Assembly (NCBI GenBank): GCA_020060105.1
Contig: JAGVAV010000023.1
Location: 14,905 to 78,904 of the forward strand
From: Candidatus Woesebacteria bacterium
Lineage (GTDB): Bacteria; Patescibacteriota; Microgenomatia; Woykebacterales; 2-01-FULL-43-14
DNA: 64,000 nt
Reading direction: 5' to 3'
The notes beneath the pieces are model-generated. The model had not been told where the DNA came from and ran no database searches. It saw nothing but the letters and a program-made list of their open reading frames with translations. Positions 55,741 to 64,000 of this stretch are shown in pieces (the first letter of the stretch is position 1; each line of letters begins with the position of its first letter). Made by a program: the position numbers and the translations under genes.

Positions 55741-55955
55741 TTTATCTTTCTTACCTAACGTCTGTTTTGCGGACCGGCGACGGCCACGATTAAGTTCGTG
55801 TGTGTTGTTGCCTCTCTACTAGCATATCCTCTCCTTGATCTTTGATTAGTTTGATTGCTCATTTTAGAAGAACAAGTGGTAAAAGTCAATGGAACTTGCT
55901 TTTTCCGGAAGTTTCTTGGTATAATCCCACCAAAAGGAAGGTAGGAGGGCAGGCC

Positions 55956-56612
55956 GTGAGCATTTGGTTGTCTGCTAATAGAGAACCAACTATAAAAGAA
56001 AAATTGTCCGTCTTAACCACCTTGGCCAGTCAAGTTTCTCAGGCCCAAGAAGAAATTGGCGAGGGAGATTCAGAAGACGATCTTCGGGAAATCGCTAACC
56101 AGCTTTCGGAGGTAGTCAAGTCTTTTGAAAGAGCCGTTGCCGCCGAGGAAGCAGGTTATGAGGAAATCAATCTGCTCAAATTATTTGGCTGGGTCTCCTG
56201 GCAGAACGAGAAAGATCCCCGACAGCCTAAAGCCATCAAGTGGACGTCCCGTATTGGGCTGCTTGTAATTCTTTTTGTCTCAGGATGGCTTCTAGGTTTG
56301 GATCTAGTTCTATCTTTGCTTATGGGATCTATAGGTGCTTTGGCTCTAATATTAATCGGAACTATTGACGAGACAAACCAGCTTTTCAAAAAAGGTTTTT
56401 CTGACCGGGACCATTTTCTCTCGGAAGTGCCGCCACAAGTAACCGCGGTTATCGAAAAAGCCAAAGCGCAGAAATGGTCCGGGAAACCCTTGTTTGACCG
56501 GATAATGATCTACGCCCCGAAGAAAGAAAAGCCGGACGAAAACTATCTGGAAAGAGTCGTCTACGGAAAAATTGACTGTTGGAATTTTCTGATTACCACT
56601 TACCCCGGCTAA
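55956..56612 (+). CDS. Hypothetical membrane protein
   Basis: GTG start 6 nt after GGAAGGTAGGAGGG. Two TM helices. Confidence 0.45.
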   Translation: MSIWLSANREPTIKEKLSVLTTLASQVSQAQEEIGEGDSEDDLREIANQLSEVVKSFERAVAAEEAGYEEINLLKLFGWVSWQNEKDPRQPKAIKWTSRIGLLVILFVSGWLLGLDLVLSLLMGSIGALALILIGTIDETNQLFKKGFSDRDHFLSEVPPQVTAVIEKAKAQKWSGKPLFDRIMIYAPKKEKPDENYLERVVYGKIDCWNFLITTYPG

Positions 56613-56617
56613 GTCTT

Positions 56618-56660
56618 AATCCCGAATTTTTAAGTCACTTAAGAATTCGGGATTTTTTTA
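56618..56660. terminator. Bidirectional terminator between convergent genes
   Basis: 11-bp stem AATCCCGAATT / AATTCGGGATT followed by T7. Confidence 0.6.
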
Positions 56661-57155
56661 CTTTTGTAAAATTTCTTTTTTAACCATTTCGAGAAAGGAG
56701 GGGACCATGGAGTGAGTCGGGGAGGGGGGATTGTAAACGTCAAACCAACCGATTTCTTCCACCTTTTCAGGATCACCGATTCTGACCTCTTCTGGGTCAA
56801 CACGGGCAGTGAAGATAAGCGCAATCCAGTGAGTTTTTATCTCGCCGTTTTCTCGCAAAACATTATGTGCCCCTAAAAACTTCAGATCTAGGACTTCCGT
56901 AGCGTATTCTTCCCGAATTTCTCGGCAAACCGCTTCTTCAAAGGTTTCGCCAAATTCCATCGCTCCACCGCCAACGTCCCAACGGCCGACCTCATCCCGA
57001 CACCGGGCGCTTCTTTTATGCATCAGCAAATTTCCCTTTCCGTCGTGACAATAAAAGACACAGGTAATCCCGATGAAGTCAACCCCTCTTTTCAAATCCA
57101 GCTGTTTATAATTTTCTTCACCCGCCTTTTTCTTCATAACCACATTATATAGCAC
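56658..57155 (-). CDS. NUDIX hydrolase
   Basis: Nudix box GGGAMEFGETFEEAVCREIREEYA. Confidence 0.8.
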   Translation of the reverse strand: MLYNVVMKKKAGEENYKQLDLKRGVDFIGITCVFYCHDGKGNLLMHKRSARCRDEVGRWDVGGGAMEFGETFEEAVCREIREEYATEVLDLKFLGAHNVLRENGEIKTHWIALIFTARVDPEEVRIGDPEKVEEIGWFDVYNPPSPTHSMVPSFLEMVKKEILQK

Positions 57156-57296
57156 AACCCTCGACTTGAGAAGCCGCTTTGACTTCTTTTTCTTTTTGTT
57201 ATAATATTGCCCTTAGAGTCAAGCCACCTCTTAGTCGGCTTGATTTCTTTTTCAAGTTGAACCTTAACAATTAAACATCCAGAAAGGAAGTGAGCC

Positions 57297-58763
57297 GTGC
57301 CTTACCGTGTTGACCAGTACAAACCGCAGATTCTCTGGCTGCCGGGAAATCCCCGTTATCAGCCCAAAGCTTTGGAGAAGCACTTTGGCTACGATAACCT
57401 TTACCGGGGAGTCGCCGAAGTCGAAGTGGCCAACCTCCTAACTTTGGCTGAAGTCGGCCTCATCGGAGAAGAGGAAATTAATCTTCTGACCCCTGAGGTG
57501 TTTCAAACTTTGCTGGATATCCCTACCACCGCCGTTGACGAGGTGGAAAAAAGCCTGACTCACCATGACATTCGCGCCTTTGTTCTAATCGGCCGGCAAA
57601 TCCTTGATCCTCGGTTGGCCCGTTGGCTACACCTTCTCTTAACCAGTTACGACGCTCTTGACACTGGACGGATCTTGCAGTTTTCACGAGCCTATCAACA
57701 CACCCTCAAACCGAAAATCAAGGAAGTCTGTTCCTTGATGGCTGAACTGGTGCCTAAGTTCGCTTATCAGCGGCAAATCGGACGAACTCACGGCCAAGCC
57801 GCTTTGCCCATCACCGTCGGCTTTTGGCTGGCCACGATCCTTCACCGAATTCTTTACAACGCCGAGAAAATGGAGGAGTTTTCCCAGCAGCTGGTAGGGA
57901 AGATTTCCGGAGCGGTCGGCGCTTATAACGCTCAGGTTGGGTTAGGAGTCGACTCCCTTTGTAAGGATAAGCCTTACGAAGTCCGAGTTTTGGAAAAAAT
58001 CGGCCTTAAGCCGGCCCGGATCAGTACTCAGATTTTGCCTCCTGAACCCCTGACGTACTTTTTATTTGCCTGCACCATGCTCTCCGCGGCCTTGGCTCAA
58101 TTCGGCCGAGACGCCCGACAGCTGATGCGCACTGAAATCGCCGAGTTTTCCGAACCTTTCGGCTCAACTCAAGTCGGCTCTTCCACCATGGCCCAAAAAC
58201 GTAACCCAATCAACTTTGAAGGTCTGGAAGGGCATTACCTTCGGACTAAAAACGAGTTGGGAAAAGTCCTTGATACCTTGATCTCCGAACACCAACGAGA
58301 TCTAGTCGGCAGCTGCGTTTCCCGCGACTTTCCCGTCATCTTGGTCAATCTCCTGATCCAGTTAAATACCTTGACTAAGGAAGACCAGAAAACGAAAGAG
58401 CCGTTTCTCCGCCGGGTTCAGGTCAATCCGGAAGCCTGTCGGCTAAACCTCGAGCGAGTCGCCCCCACAGTTCTTGCCGAACCGCTTTATATCGCCCTCC
58501 AAATGGCCGGATACCAAGGCGACGCCCATGAGTTAATCAACCACCACCTGGTCCCGACGGCTGAAAGGCGAGGACAACTGCTTGTTGACGTCCTCGAAGA
58601 GTACCTCAAAGGATCTTCAGATGAGGAACTTCACACCGCCTTTAACAACATTCCTCAGGAGGTGAAAGAACTGCTTCGCCAACCCCAAAACTATCTTGGC
58701 GAGGCGCCCAAGAAAGCCTTGGAAATCGCCGCATGGGCCGAAGAAAGAGTAGCCCGCTACTAA
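57297..58763 (+). CDS. purB: Adenylosuccinate lyase
   Basis: Fumarate-lyase signature GSSTMAQKRNP. Lies in context with purE and purC. Confidence 0.8.
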   Translation: MPYRVDQYKPQILWLPGNPRYQPKALEKHFGYDNLYRGVAEVEVANLLTLAEVGLIGEEEINLLTPEVFQTLLDIPTTAVDEVEKSLTHHDIRAFVLIGRQILDPRLARWLHLLLTSYDALDTGRILQFSRAYQHTLKPKIKEVCSLMAELVPKFAYQRQIGRTHGQAALPITVGFWLATILHRILYNAEKMEEFSQQLVGKISGAVGAYNAQVGLGVDSLCKDKPYEVRVLEKIGLKPARISTQILPPEPLTYFLFACTMLSAALAQFGRDARQLMRTEIAEFSEPFGSTQVGSSTMAQKRNPINFEGLEGHYLRTKNELGKVLDTLISEHQRDLVGSCVSRDFPVILVNLLIQLNTLTKEDQKTKEPFLRRVQVNPEACRLNLERVAPTVLAEPLYIALQMAGYQGDAHELINHHLVPTAERRGQLLVDVLEEYLKGSSDEELHTAFNNIPQEVKELLRQPQNYLGEAPKKALEIAAWAEERVARY

Positions 58764-58779
58764 CCTTTGGAGGAAGAAA

Positions 58780-59298
58780 ATGGCCAATCAAGTTGAAGTG
58801 GTCATTGGCAGCAAAAGCGACAAGAAGGTTCTGGAAGAGTCCGGGCTCGCCGACCTTCTTAAAGCAGTGGAAGTCAGTTTCCGATTCTCGGTGATCTCCT
58901 GCCACCGCCACCCGGAAAATCTTCGTGTATTCTGCCAACAAGCTCTAAGCGAAGGGGAACCGATCTTTATCGCCGGAGCAGGCATGGCCGCCGCTCTGCC
59001 GGGAGCGATTGTTGCGGAGACAAAAGGACAGTGCTTGGTAATTGGCGTCGCCCTGGACTCAGGCTTCTTAAGCGGGCTTGACGCTCTACTTAGCCAAACT
59101 CGAACTCCGGCCGGCACCCCAGTCGTTTTCGCCGGAATCGGCAAAGTCGGGTTTTACAACGCTGGCCTGATCGCTTGCCGAGTACTCGCCCGTCAAGATT
59201 TTGTACTTTCCGGGCGTCTTCAAGTCATCCAGGCAAAGGCTTCTCAGGAGAACCCCCCGGAAATTGGCTACCTCAAATCAAAGGAGGAAAGGTCGTGA
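58780..59298 (+). CDS. purE: N5-carboxyaminoimidazole ribonucleotide mutase / AIR carboxylase
   Basis: VVIGSKSD and GAGMAAALPG blocks. Confidence 0.8.
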   Translation: MANQVEVVIGSKSDKKVLEESGLADLLKAVEVSFRFSVISCHRHPENLRVFCQQALSEGEPIFIAGAGMAAALPGAIVAETKGQCLVIGVALDSGFLSGLDALLSQTRTPAGTPVVFAGIGKVGFYNAGLIACRVLARQDFVLSGRLQVIQAKASQENPPEIGYLKSKEERS

Positions 59299-60125
59299 CA
59301 ACGCAAATCCAGCGCGGAAAAAAACTCGCTGAAGGGAAAACAAAAATCATCTGGTCAGTCCATGGCCAACTCGATCAAGTCATCATCGAAAGCAAAGACG
59401 ACATCACCGCCGGTGACGGAGCCAGACGCCACGTTTTGGAAAGCAAAGCCGTTCTGGCCAATACCACCACCTGCCGCATCTTCGAGTACCTAAACCGCCG
59501 CCACATCCCGACCCACTACATCGATCAGGTTGATGAGCGCTCCTTTTTGGCTTGGGGAGCGGCAATGATTCCCATCGAAGTGGTCATTCGGCAGATCGCC
59601 ACAGGTTCGGTCCTTAAACGCGAACCAGATCTTAAAGAAGGGCACTGCTTCGACTCTTTGAGAGTGGAATTTTTCGCCAAAGACGACGCCAATCACGACC
59701 CGTTGATGGTCCTGGATCCGGTAAGCGAAAGGGTCTTCTACTTTGAGGCCAAACGGCCTCTCGTGGAAGGCTTGATCAAAACCACCCCAACAGCCAACCT
59801 TGACTGGTTTCCCAGAAGGGACTGCCTAAAGTTGCCGGAAATGGCTAAGCGCGTCTTCGTACTGCTTGAAATAGCCTGGCGAGCCTTCGGGATCGTTTTG
59901 GTCGACCTAAAACTCGAATTTGGTCTCACCTTTGATGGAGAACTAGTCCTAGGCGATGTGATTGACAATGATTCCTGGCGGATCTGGCCAGAAGGCGATC
60001 CCACGAGAATGCTCGACAAACAGGTCTACCGAAATCTCACCGACGTCACTCCAGAAGCGCTGGCCCAGGTGAAAGAAAACTACGCCCTAGTCGCTCAACT
60101 TACCAGCCAGTTTGATCGGCTTTAA
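59295..60125 (+). CDS. purC: SAICAR synthetase
   Basis: GTG start overlaps the purE stop (GTGA), 7 nt after AAGGAGG. SAICAR-synthase blocks (GKTKIIW..., LVDLKLEFG). Confidence 0.75.
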   Translation: MTTQIQRGKKLAEGKTKIIWSVHGQLDQVIIESKDDITAGDGARRHVLESKAVLANTTTCRIFEYLNRRHIPTHYIDQVDERSFLAWGAAMIPIEVVIRQIATGSVLKREPDLKEGHCFDSLRVEFFAKDDANHDPLMVLDPVSERVFYFEAKRPLVEGLIKTTPTANLDWFPRRDCLKLPEMAKRVFVLLEIAWRAFGIVLVDLKLEFGLTFDGELVLGDVIDNDSWRIWPEGDPTRMLDKQVYRNLTDVTPEALAQVKENYALVAQLTSQFDRL

Positions 60126-60161
60126 TCTATCTTATCGAAAGAGGAGGGAAGTCAGAAACAT

Positions 60162-60198
60162 AAAAGGCCTTTAGTAACCATTTACTAAAGGCCTTTTT
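60162..60198. terminator. Bidirectional terminator (15-bp perfect stem AAAGGCCTTTAGTAA / TTACTAAAGGCCTTT)
   Basis: Seen directly; flanked by T-runs on both strands. Confidence 0.65.
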
Positions 60199-60204
60199 CT
60201 TTAA

Positions 60205-61599
60205 CTAGACTAGAACTTTCGTTTCTCCCTGACTTCGAAGATAGGCTTGCGGATCAGTCACGCTGTCGAGCAAACCTTTCACTCTCAACAGCGCGCTCCG
60301 GGAAATCTTCCCGGAACGAATCATCTCCTTCAGATCCGCCAAGCTCAGAGTGCAAGTGGCATAAAGCCTGGCGAGGTTCTCGTAAAACTCCTCAGGCGGC
60401 AACCTGGTCGGAAGCACGCTATGAAGAAAGTCAAAGACCTCGTAATCGTCGGTTGTCAGATGTGACCGCTGTCTTTCATAAAAGGCCGTTCCCGGCAAAG
60501 GGGTCAGAACCGTAAACTGGGGAAAATGAATATTATTGCTTCGCACATAATCCCCCAGCGCCTCGAAGTCCGGCCTTTTCCAGTCCGGATTAACGATGAA
60601 AGCCCCCCAGATTTCCACGCCGTATTCCTTTAGAATCGCCATACAGCTCTCATTGATCTTTACCGAACCTTTTTTATTTAGCCGACCAAGCTCCTCCTCC
60701 CGAAACTTCTCGAAGCCGACCAAAACCGTCGCCAGTCCTAAGTCCGCCCACTGCTTAATCACCTTCGGATTACGGACGATGCTGTCAGCGCGAGCCTGCA
60801 TCCAGTACCGAGCCTGATAACCTTCCTGATTGATCAGCTTGCCGATTTTCTCAGCTCGCCCAATATCGGTCAAGAAGTTATCATCGACAAAGCAAACGAT
60901 TCCCGCTTCCGGATCCAGGCCTTTTAATTCCTCCATTACCCGCTCCGGACTCTTGAAACGACACTTGCCCCGGTGAAACTTCCAAACCGCACAAAAATTA
61001 CAGCGGAACGGGCATCCCCGGGCCGTCTCCACCGAAGCGGGCTGATCCCAAAAGTGAAAATGGTAATGCCTCAGGTTCCGGGCCACCAGATCCCGCCTAG
61101 GAATCGGGGTCTCGTCTAGATTTTTAAGAAGAAGCCGTCGGGCACTCTGGACTTGCCTGCCTTCATTGCGATAGGCGATTCCTTTGACCCAAGCCCAGTC
61201 GACCCCTTTCTCCACGGCGGAAACGACATCGCCAATCGTTCCCTCACCTTCGCCAAGGGCGACCACGTCCACCCAATCACGGTCAAAATCCTCCGGGACG
61301 AGACTAGCGTGATAACCGCCGACGACTGTAACAATCTGAGGATCGATTGCCTTAACCGTCTGGCAAATTCGGTGCACCGAAGGAACGGCGGTGGTGTAAC
61401 CGCTAACTCCCACAATCAGCGGCTGAAAAGATTTGACTTCCGCCTCTAATCCTCCTTCCACCCGCAAATCCAAGATTTTCACCTCATGACCGTTCAAGCA
61501 AGCAGCGAGGGTCTCTAGCCCCAACGGCTCGGGACAAACGATCTCCCCAAAACCAACCATTCGACCGGGATTGCCCGGCTGAACCAATAAGATTCTCAC
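60205..61599 (-). CDS. B12-binding-domain radical SAM protein
   Basis: N-terminal cobalamin-binding fold. CPFRCNFC (CxxxCxxC). Confidence 0.8.
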   Translation of the reverse strand: MRILLVQPGNPGRMVGFGEIVCPEPLGLETLAACLNGHEVKILDLRVEGGLEAEVKSFQPLIVGVSGYTTAVPSVHRICQTVKAIDPQIVTVVGGYHASLVPEDFDRDWVDVVALGEGEGTIGDVVSAVEKGVDWAWVKGIAYRNEGRQVQSARRLLLKNLDETPIPRRDLVARNLRHYHFHFWDQPASVETARGCPFRCNFCAVWKFHRGKCRFKSPERVMEELKGLDPEAGIVCFVDDNFLTDIGRAEKIGKLINQEGYQARYWMQARADSIVRNPKVIKQWADLGLATVLVGFEKFREEELGRLNKKGSVKINESCMAILKEYGVEIWGAFIVNPDWKRPDFEALGDYVRSNNIHFPQFTVLTPLPGTAFYERQRSHLTTDDYEVFDFLHSVLPTRLPPEEFYENLARLYATCTLSLADLKEMIRSGKISRSALLRVKGLLDSVTDPQAYLRSQGETKVLV

Positions 61600-61744
61600 C
61601 TTTTCTCTCCTTCCGATTCTCTTAGCGAATTACCTTAGCATTTTACTCCTCCCAAGCAAGATCCGCAAGCGCTCCTTTTAGCCTGTCAAGGGTTGCAATT
61701 TTGGCTTAGTTGGTTTATTATTAACGAAGGAAGCGAGCCAAAAT

Positions 61745-63772
61745 ATGAGCAAGAAAGCCTTGGCGATCTTTATCCTTATTCTTCTAACCGCAACTGTCCT
61801 GAGCTTGACAGTTTATTTCTGGTCCCGTTTATTGGTTTCCTCTCAACCTTCAACACCTCCGAAAACGCCTTCTGATCCCCCCGCCGCTAACCAAGCGGAA
61901 ATTTTAAAGTTTGACTCTGAAGAGGAATTTAAAGAATACTTAGCTCTCTCCGAAAAAACTTCTCCTTATCTTTCGGGAATATCGGTCTCCTCTCTGCAAA
62001 CCTTTTCTGACGTTAGCACTAGAGACGTCGTCAATTTTTCCGCCCCAGAAACCGGTTCTGCCAGCAAAACCGACACTCCTGAAAGAGTTTCGGGAACGAA
62101 TGTCCAAGTAACCGGAATTGACGAGCCAGACATCCTCAAAACCGATGGTAAGGAAATTTATTTTTCCTCCACTGCCTACTCAAATTATCGGTTGTCGGCT
62201 CGGACCGAAAGATCCTCCATCGCTCCTCCGGTAAAAGAAAGCGAGATCAAGCTTCTCAAAGCCTTCCCTCCCCCCAGCCTTAAAAAGGACGCCGCGATAG
62301 AAAAAAGCGGAAATCTTTTGTTAATTAAAAATACCTTAGTGGTTTTTGCCAGCGGGGAGAGGAAAATCTACGGTTACGACGTCTCCGATCCCACCGCCCC
62401 CAAAGAAAGCTGGGTCATCGACCTAAGTCTGACCGATCAAGATAATGACGGCAAGTCCAGCCAAAGTCAAATTACCAGCGCCAGGCTTTACCAAGATAAA
62501 ATTTATCTTATCACCCAAACTGATATTGATTATTCAAATCCTTGTCCCATTCGGCCAATGGTTGTGGAAGGATCTTCCCTAACCGTTCCTTGCGAGGATA
62601 TTTATCATCCCAAAACCAACATCTTAGTCGACCTCACCTATACCGCAAGCATCGTTGACCCTCAAACTGGCCAAGTGGAAAAAAGAGTTTCCTTTGTCGG
62701 TTCCTCAAGCTCTTCCGTCGTTTATATGTCCGAAGACGCTTTGTATCTGACTTACTTTTACCCGGGTGACTACATCAAGTTGATCCATAGTTTCTACCTT
62801 CAGAACAAAGATTTAATCTCTACAACCGCTCTCGAAAAGATGGAAAGACTTCAAACTTATGATCTGAGCAGTTACACCAAGTTGGTGGAGCTTCAAACAA
62901 TTTATGACCAGTATAAACTGTCCCTCAGCCGGGATGAGAAGCTTCGGGTTGAAAACGAAACCCAAGATCGGCTGGAAGATTATCTTAAAACTCACCAAAG
63001 AAGCCTGGAGAATACCGGAATCGTGAAAGTGGGCCTGGACGGATTCCAAGTTGAGGCGACCGGCATTATCCCGGGTAAGATTTTAAATCAATACTCCCTT
63101 GATCAGTATCAGGATCACCTGCGAATCGCCACCACCGTGGGCGAAAGCTGGTGGGGGAGAGGGGCTAGAGAGAGCGTTAATGACGTTTACGTTTTAAACC
63201 AAGGCTTGCAGGTGGTTGGCTCGATTCTTGACTTGGGTTTAAACGAAAGAATATACTCGGCCCGATTTGTTAAAGACAAAGGCTATCTGGTCACTTTTCG
63301 CCAAATTGATCCATTTTACGTTTTAGACTTGGCCGATCCCGCTAATCCCCAAAAAGTCGGGGAGTTAAAGATCCCTGGTTATTCTTCTTACCTGCACCCC
63401 ATCAATAAAGATAAGATCCTAGGGATTGGTAAAGAAGGAGCCAAGGTCAAAATTTCTCTCTTTGATGTCTCCTCGCCGGATAATCCTTTAGAGGCGGACA
63501 AGTACACTCTTGATGAATCTTGGTCGGAAATTTTAAACACTCAATACGCCTTTTTGCTCGACAGTAAGCATCAAGTCTTTTTCCTCCCCGGAAGTAAAGG
63601 AGGCTACATCTTTTCCTATCAAGGAGATGATTTAAAATTGGTTAAAGCGGTCAGCGACATCACTCCCCGCCGAGCGCTTTTTATCAACGACTATCTTTAC
63701 CTCATCGCCGACACTAAGCTGGTTGTTTTAAACGAAAAGGATTGGCAGAAAGTCAGCCAGCTAGAGTTTTAG
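61745..63772 (+). CDS. Secreted beta-propeller domain protein (Beta_propel family)
   Basis: Signal/TM segment. C-terminal block FRQIDPFYVLDLADPANPQKVGELKIPGYSSYLHPINKDKILGIG. Confidence 0.6.
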   Translation: MSKKALAIFILILLTATVLSLTVYFWSRLLVSSQPSTPPKTPSDPPAANQAEILKFDSEEEFKEYLALSEKTSPYLSGISVSSLQTFSDVSTRDVVNFSAPETGSASKTDTPERVSGTNVQVTGIDEPDILKTDGKEIYFSSTAYSNYRLSARTERSSIAPPVKESEIKLLKAFPPPSLKKDAAIEKSGNLLLIKNTLVVFASGERKIYGYDVSDPTAPKESWVIDLSLTDQDNDGKSSQSQITSARLYQDKIYLITQTDIDYSNPCPIRPMVVEGSSLTVPCEDIYHPKTNILVDLTYTASIVDPQTGQVEKRVSFVGSSSSSVVYMSEDALYLTYFYPGDYIKLIHSFYLQNKDLISTTALEKMERLQTYDLSSYTKLVELQTIYDQYKLSLSRDEKLRVENETQDRLEDYLKTHQRSLENTGIVKVGLDGFQVEATGIIPGKILNQYSLDQYQDHLRIATTVGESWWGRGARESVNDVYVLNQGLQVVGSILDLGLNERIYSARFVKDKGYLVTFRQIDPFYVLDLADPANPQKVGELKIPGYSSYLHPINKDKILGIGKEGAKVKISLFDVSSPDNPLEADKYTLDESWSEILNTQYAFLLDSKHQVFFLPGSKGGYIFSYQGDDLKLVKAVSDITPRRALFINDYLYLIADTKLVVLNEKDWQKVSQLEF

Positions 63773-63821
63773 TCGCCCCTTGACTCTTTATCGCAAGCAA
63801 CAGTTCCTCTAAAATTCGGCT

Positions 63822-64000
63822 ATGAATCTTTTATTTGTCGGAGACGTGATGCTGGGGCGGTTAGTCAACGATCTTCTAAAGCAGGTCCCGCCAGAATATC
63901 CTTGGGGGGACACTTTGCCTATTTTTCAAAAAGCCACTCTTCGAATCTGCAACCTGGAATGCGTCGTCTCCGACATTGGCCAACCTTGGTCGGTCACCCC
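63822..64000 (+). CDS. CapA-family (poly-gamma-glutamate synthesis / metallophosphatase) protein, 5' partial at the window edge
   Basis: MNLLFVGDVMLGRLV N-terminus. The frame is open to the end of the window. Confidence 0.6.
   Translation, partial: MNLLFVGDVMLGRLVNDLLKQVPPEYPWGDTLPIFQKATLRICNLECVVSDIGQPWSVT

Noticed and set aside
1-64000. tRNA/rRNA genes
   Set aside because: I scanned the intergenic regions (8120-8565, 22407-22790, 25291-25527, 25843-26040, 29690-30059, 40337-40617, 46866-47036 and others) for tRNA-like GGTTCGAATCC/T-loop and acceptor patterns. None were found.

Overview
This 64 kb window is a gene-dense stretch of bacterial chromosome with about 65 protein genes on both strands. 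I found no rRNA, tRNA, CRISPR array, transposase or integrase. GC content is heterogeneous: the first ~8.5 kb are markedly AT-rich, and several single genes elsewhere are conspicuously GC-rich. Genes I recognise include the C-terminal part of a type III restriction Res-like helicase-nuclease (runs off the left edge), a PfkB sugar kinase, GNAT acetyltransferases (one AAC(6')-Ib-like), two Ham1/ITPase paralogues, ClpC, an arsR-thioredoxin-arsP organoarsenical operon, pyruvate kinase (C-terminally truncated), a DEAD-box helicase, CdsA plus a CDP-alcohol phosphatidyltransferase, a Zur-ZupT pair with a palindromic operator, HtpX, CDF and CPA transporters, a P-type ATPase-MgtE operon, an HNH endonuclease, acylphosphatase, purB-purE-purC, a B12-radical SAM enzyme, a secreted beta-propeller protein and a partial CapA. 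The most unusual items are listed below.
(1) A family of ~30-37 nt palindromic repeats (core CACACCC-GGA-GGGTGTG-AAACC) occurs six times, all in the same orientation and all intergenic. They bracket single genes in a cassette-like way.
(2) An AT-rich accessory island (1-8.5 kb) carries a divergently transcribed cluster of nucleotide-chemistry enzymes: AAC(6')-like GNAT, ITPase-like, and a tightly coupled six-gene operon (small DUF, small DUF, AAA_33-type P-loop kinase, unknown domain fused to a GrpB nucleotidyltransferase, CYTH triphosphatase). This is a candidate undescribed modification or defence system.
(3) Two homopolymer-associated frameshifts (A6 in the GrpB fusion, T6 in the second Ham1 gene) may be either pseudogenes or assembly indels.
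(4) Shared promoter (CCTATAG-TTGACA) and terminator (GGCGGTTTTTCTTTG) motifs recur.
(5) A G9 tract sits between a consensus promoter and the start of a 38-aa small ORF.
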